Source: Alphaproteobacteria bacterium | GTDB lineage: Bacteria > Pseudomonadota > Alphaproteobacteria > UBA828 | Reading direction: 5' to 3' | DNA length: 64,000 nt | NCBI GenBank assembly: GCA_965237415.1 | Contig: CBDEFM010000001.1 | Location: forward strand, 256,001 to 320,000 | In this document: positions 63,089 to 64,000 of the stretch, in pieces | Position numbering within the stretch: position 1 is the first letter of the stretch | How the letters are laid out: every line of letters starts with the position of its first letter | Notes under the pieces: generated by a model | Database searches by the model: none | What the model saw: the letters and a program-made list of their open reading frames with translations, nothing else | What the model was told of the DNA's origin: nothing | Made by a program: the position numbers and the translations under genes

Positions 63089-64000
63089 GATGCCGTTTCA
63101 TCCTCCTGTTGGCGTTGGTCTCGTTCGCCGTGTTTCCGGTTGGAACCGCGTCGGCGCAGACCTGCACCGGGCGCTTCGTCAACCCCATCACGGATGTGTG
63201 CTGGGAGTGCCTGCTGCCGATCTCGATCGGCCCGATCTCCATTGGCAGCGCATCGGGCGCTCCCGACACGGCCAACCCGTCCTCGCCGATTTGCCTGTGC
63301 GGCTCGCCGATCCCCCGGATCGGGCTCTCCCTCGGAGTCTGGGAGCCGGCAAGGCTAATGGACGTGTCGCGGGCGCCCTGGTGCTTCCCCAATCTCGGCG
63401 GCCTCACCATCGATCCGGGGTTGCCGGCGGCGCGCGGGCGCACCGGGTCCTCGGGCGGCGACGGCGCCTCGGGCTCGGTCTGGCACGCGCACTATTACGT
63501 CTATCCGCTGCTGTCCTGGATCGGGGCGCTGCTCGACCTCGGCTGCCTCGAAGCCGGCGGGCTCGATATCGCCTGGACCTCGGAGCTCGACCCGGCCTGG
63601 CTCGACGACGAGCTGTCCTTCCTGCTCAACCCGGAAGCCGCGCTCTTTGCCAACCTGCCGGCCCAGGCGGCCTGTGCCGCCGACTGCGCGGCGTCCTCGG
63701 CCGGGCTGCCGCTCGATCCGCTGTTCTGGTGCGCCGGCTGCCAGGGCGGGATGTATCCGCTGACCGGCAACGTCGCGGCCCATGTCGGCGGCGTCCAGGC
63801 CTCGCTGCTCGCGGCCCAGCGCCTAGTCTACCGGCTGCACCGGCTCGGGCTCGCCTGGGGCACGTTCGGCTCCGGGGCGCTCTGCGGGCGCTACCCGATG
63901 CCGGTGATGAAGAAGTCGCAATACCGCTGGCAGATGACCCAGCCGGTGCCGGCCACGACGCCGTTCCTGGGCTGCAACCCGACCGGTCGCTCCTCGGTGC
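63085..64000 (+). CDS. traU: F-type transfer protein, runs off the window end
   Basis: Translated by eye: CTGRFVNPITDVCWECLLP, WEP, HYYVYP, SELDP, FWCAGC. Confidence 0.9.
   Translation, partial: MRCRFILLLALVSFAVFPVGTASAQTCTGRFVNPITDVCWECLLPISIGPISIGSASGAPDTANPSSPICLCGSPIPRIGLSLGVWEPARLMDVSRAPWCFPNLGGLTIDPGLPAARGRTGSSGGDGASGSVWHAHYYVYPLLSWIGALLDLGCLEAGGLDIAWTSELDPAWLDDELSFLLNPEAALFANLPAQAACAADCAASSAGLPLDPLFWCAGCQGGMYPLTGNVAAHVGGVQASLLAAQRLVYRLHRLGLAWGTFGSGALCGRYPMPVMKKSQYRWQMTQPVPATTPFLGCNPTGRSSV

Overview
High-GC bacterial DNA, probably proteobacterial; the Calx-beta/FN3 adhesins and cargo-carrying IS1595 suggest a host-associated, possibly sponge-symbiont genome (inference only). Three zones. 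(1) 1-19.4 kb: an amine/amino-acid catabolic cluster (two trimethylamine-dehydrogenase-like flavoproteins, one frameshifted; cupin; FAD oxidoreductase; GcvT-family dehydrogenase; choline-kinase-like protein; proline iminopeptidase; SDR; Liv-type ABC transporter) with two copies of a 133-bp CTAG-bounded MITE. (2) 19.5-39.2 kb: a mobile-element mosaic: tandem tyrosine recombinases, three ~92-bp palindromic repeats separating single genes, a complete IS1595 carrying a methyltransferase-HNH fusion, IS4/DUF4338 remnants, an autotransporter adhesin and a decayed ICE copy hit by a complete IS21. (3) 39.2-64 kb: part of an F-type ICE/conjugative element. Here a Cre-like recombinase gene is flanked by two perfect 34-bp (13-8-13) lox-like sites in inverted orientation just upstream of a ~3000-aa autotransporter adhesin, followed by a CI/Cro-like switch and traALEKBVC-trbI-trhF-traW-ssb-traU. 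The leading candidate for a new system is this self-contained Cre/lox-like invertible switch; the second is the recombinase pair with repeat-delimited cassettes.
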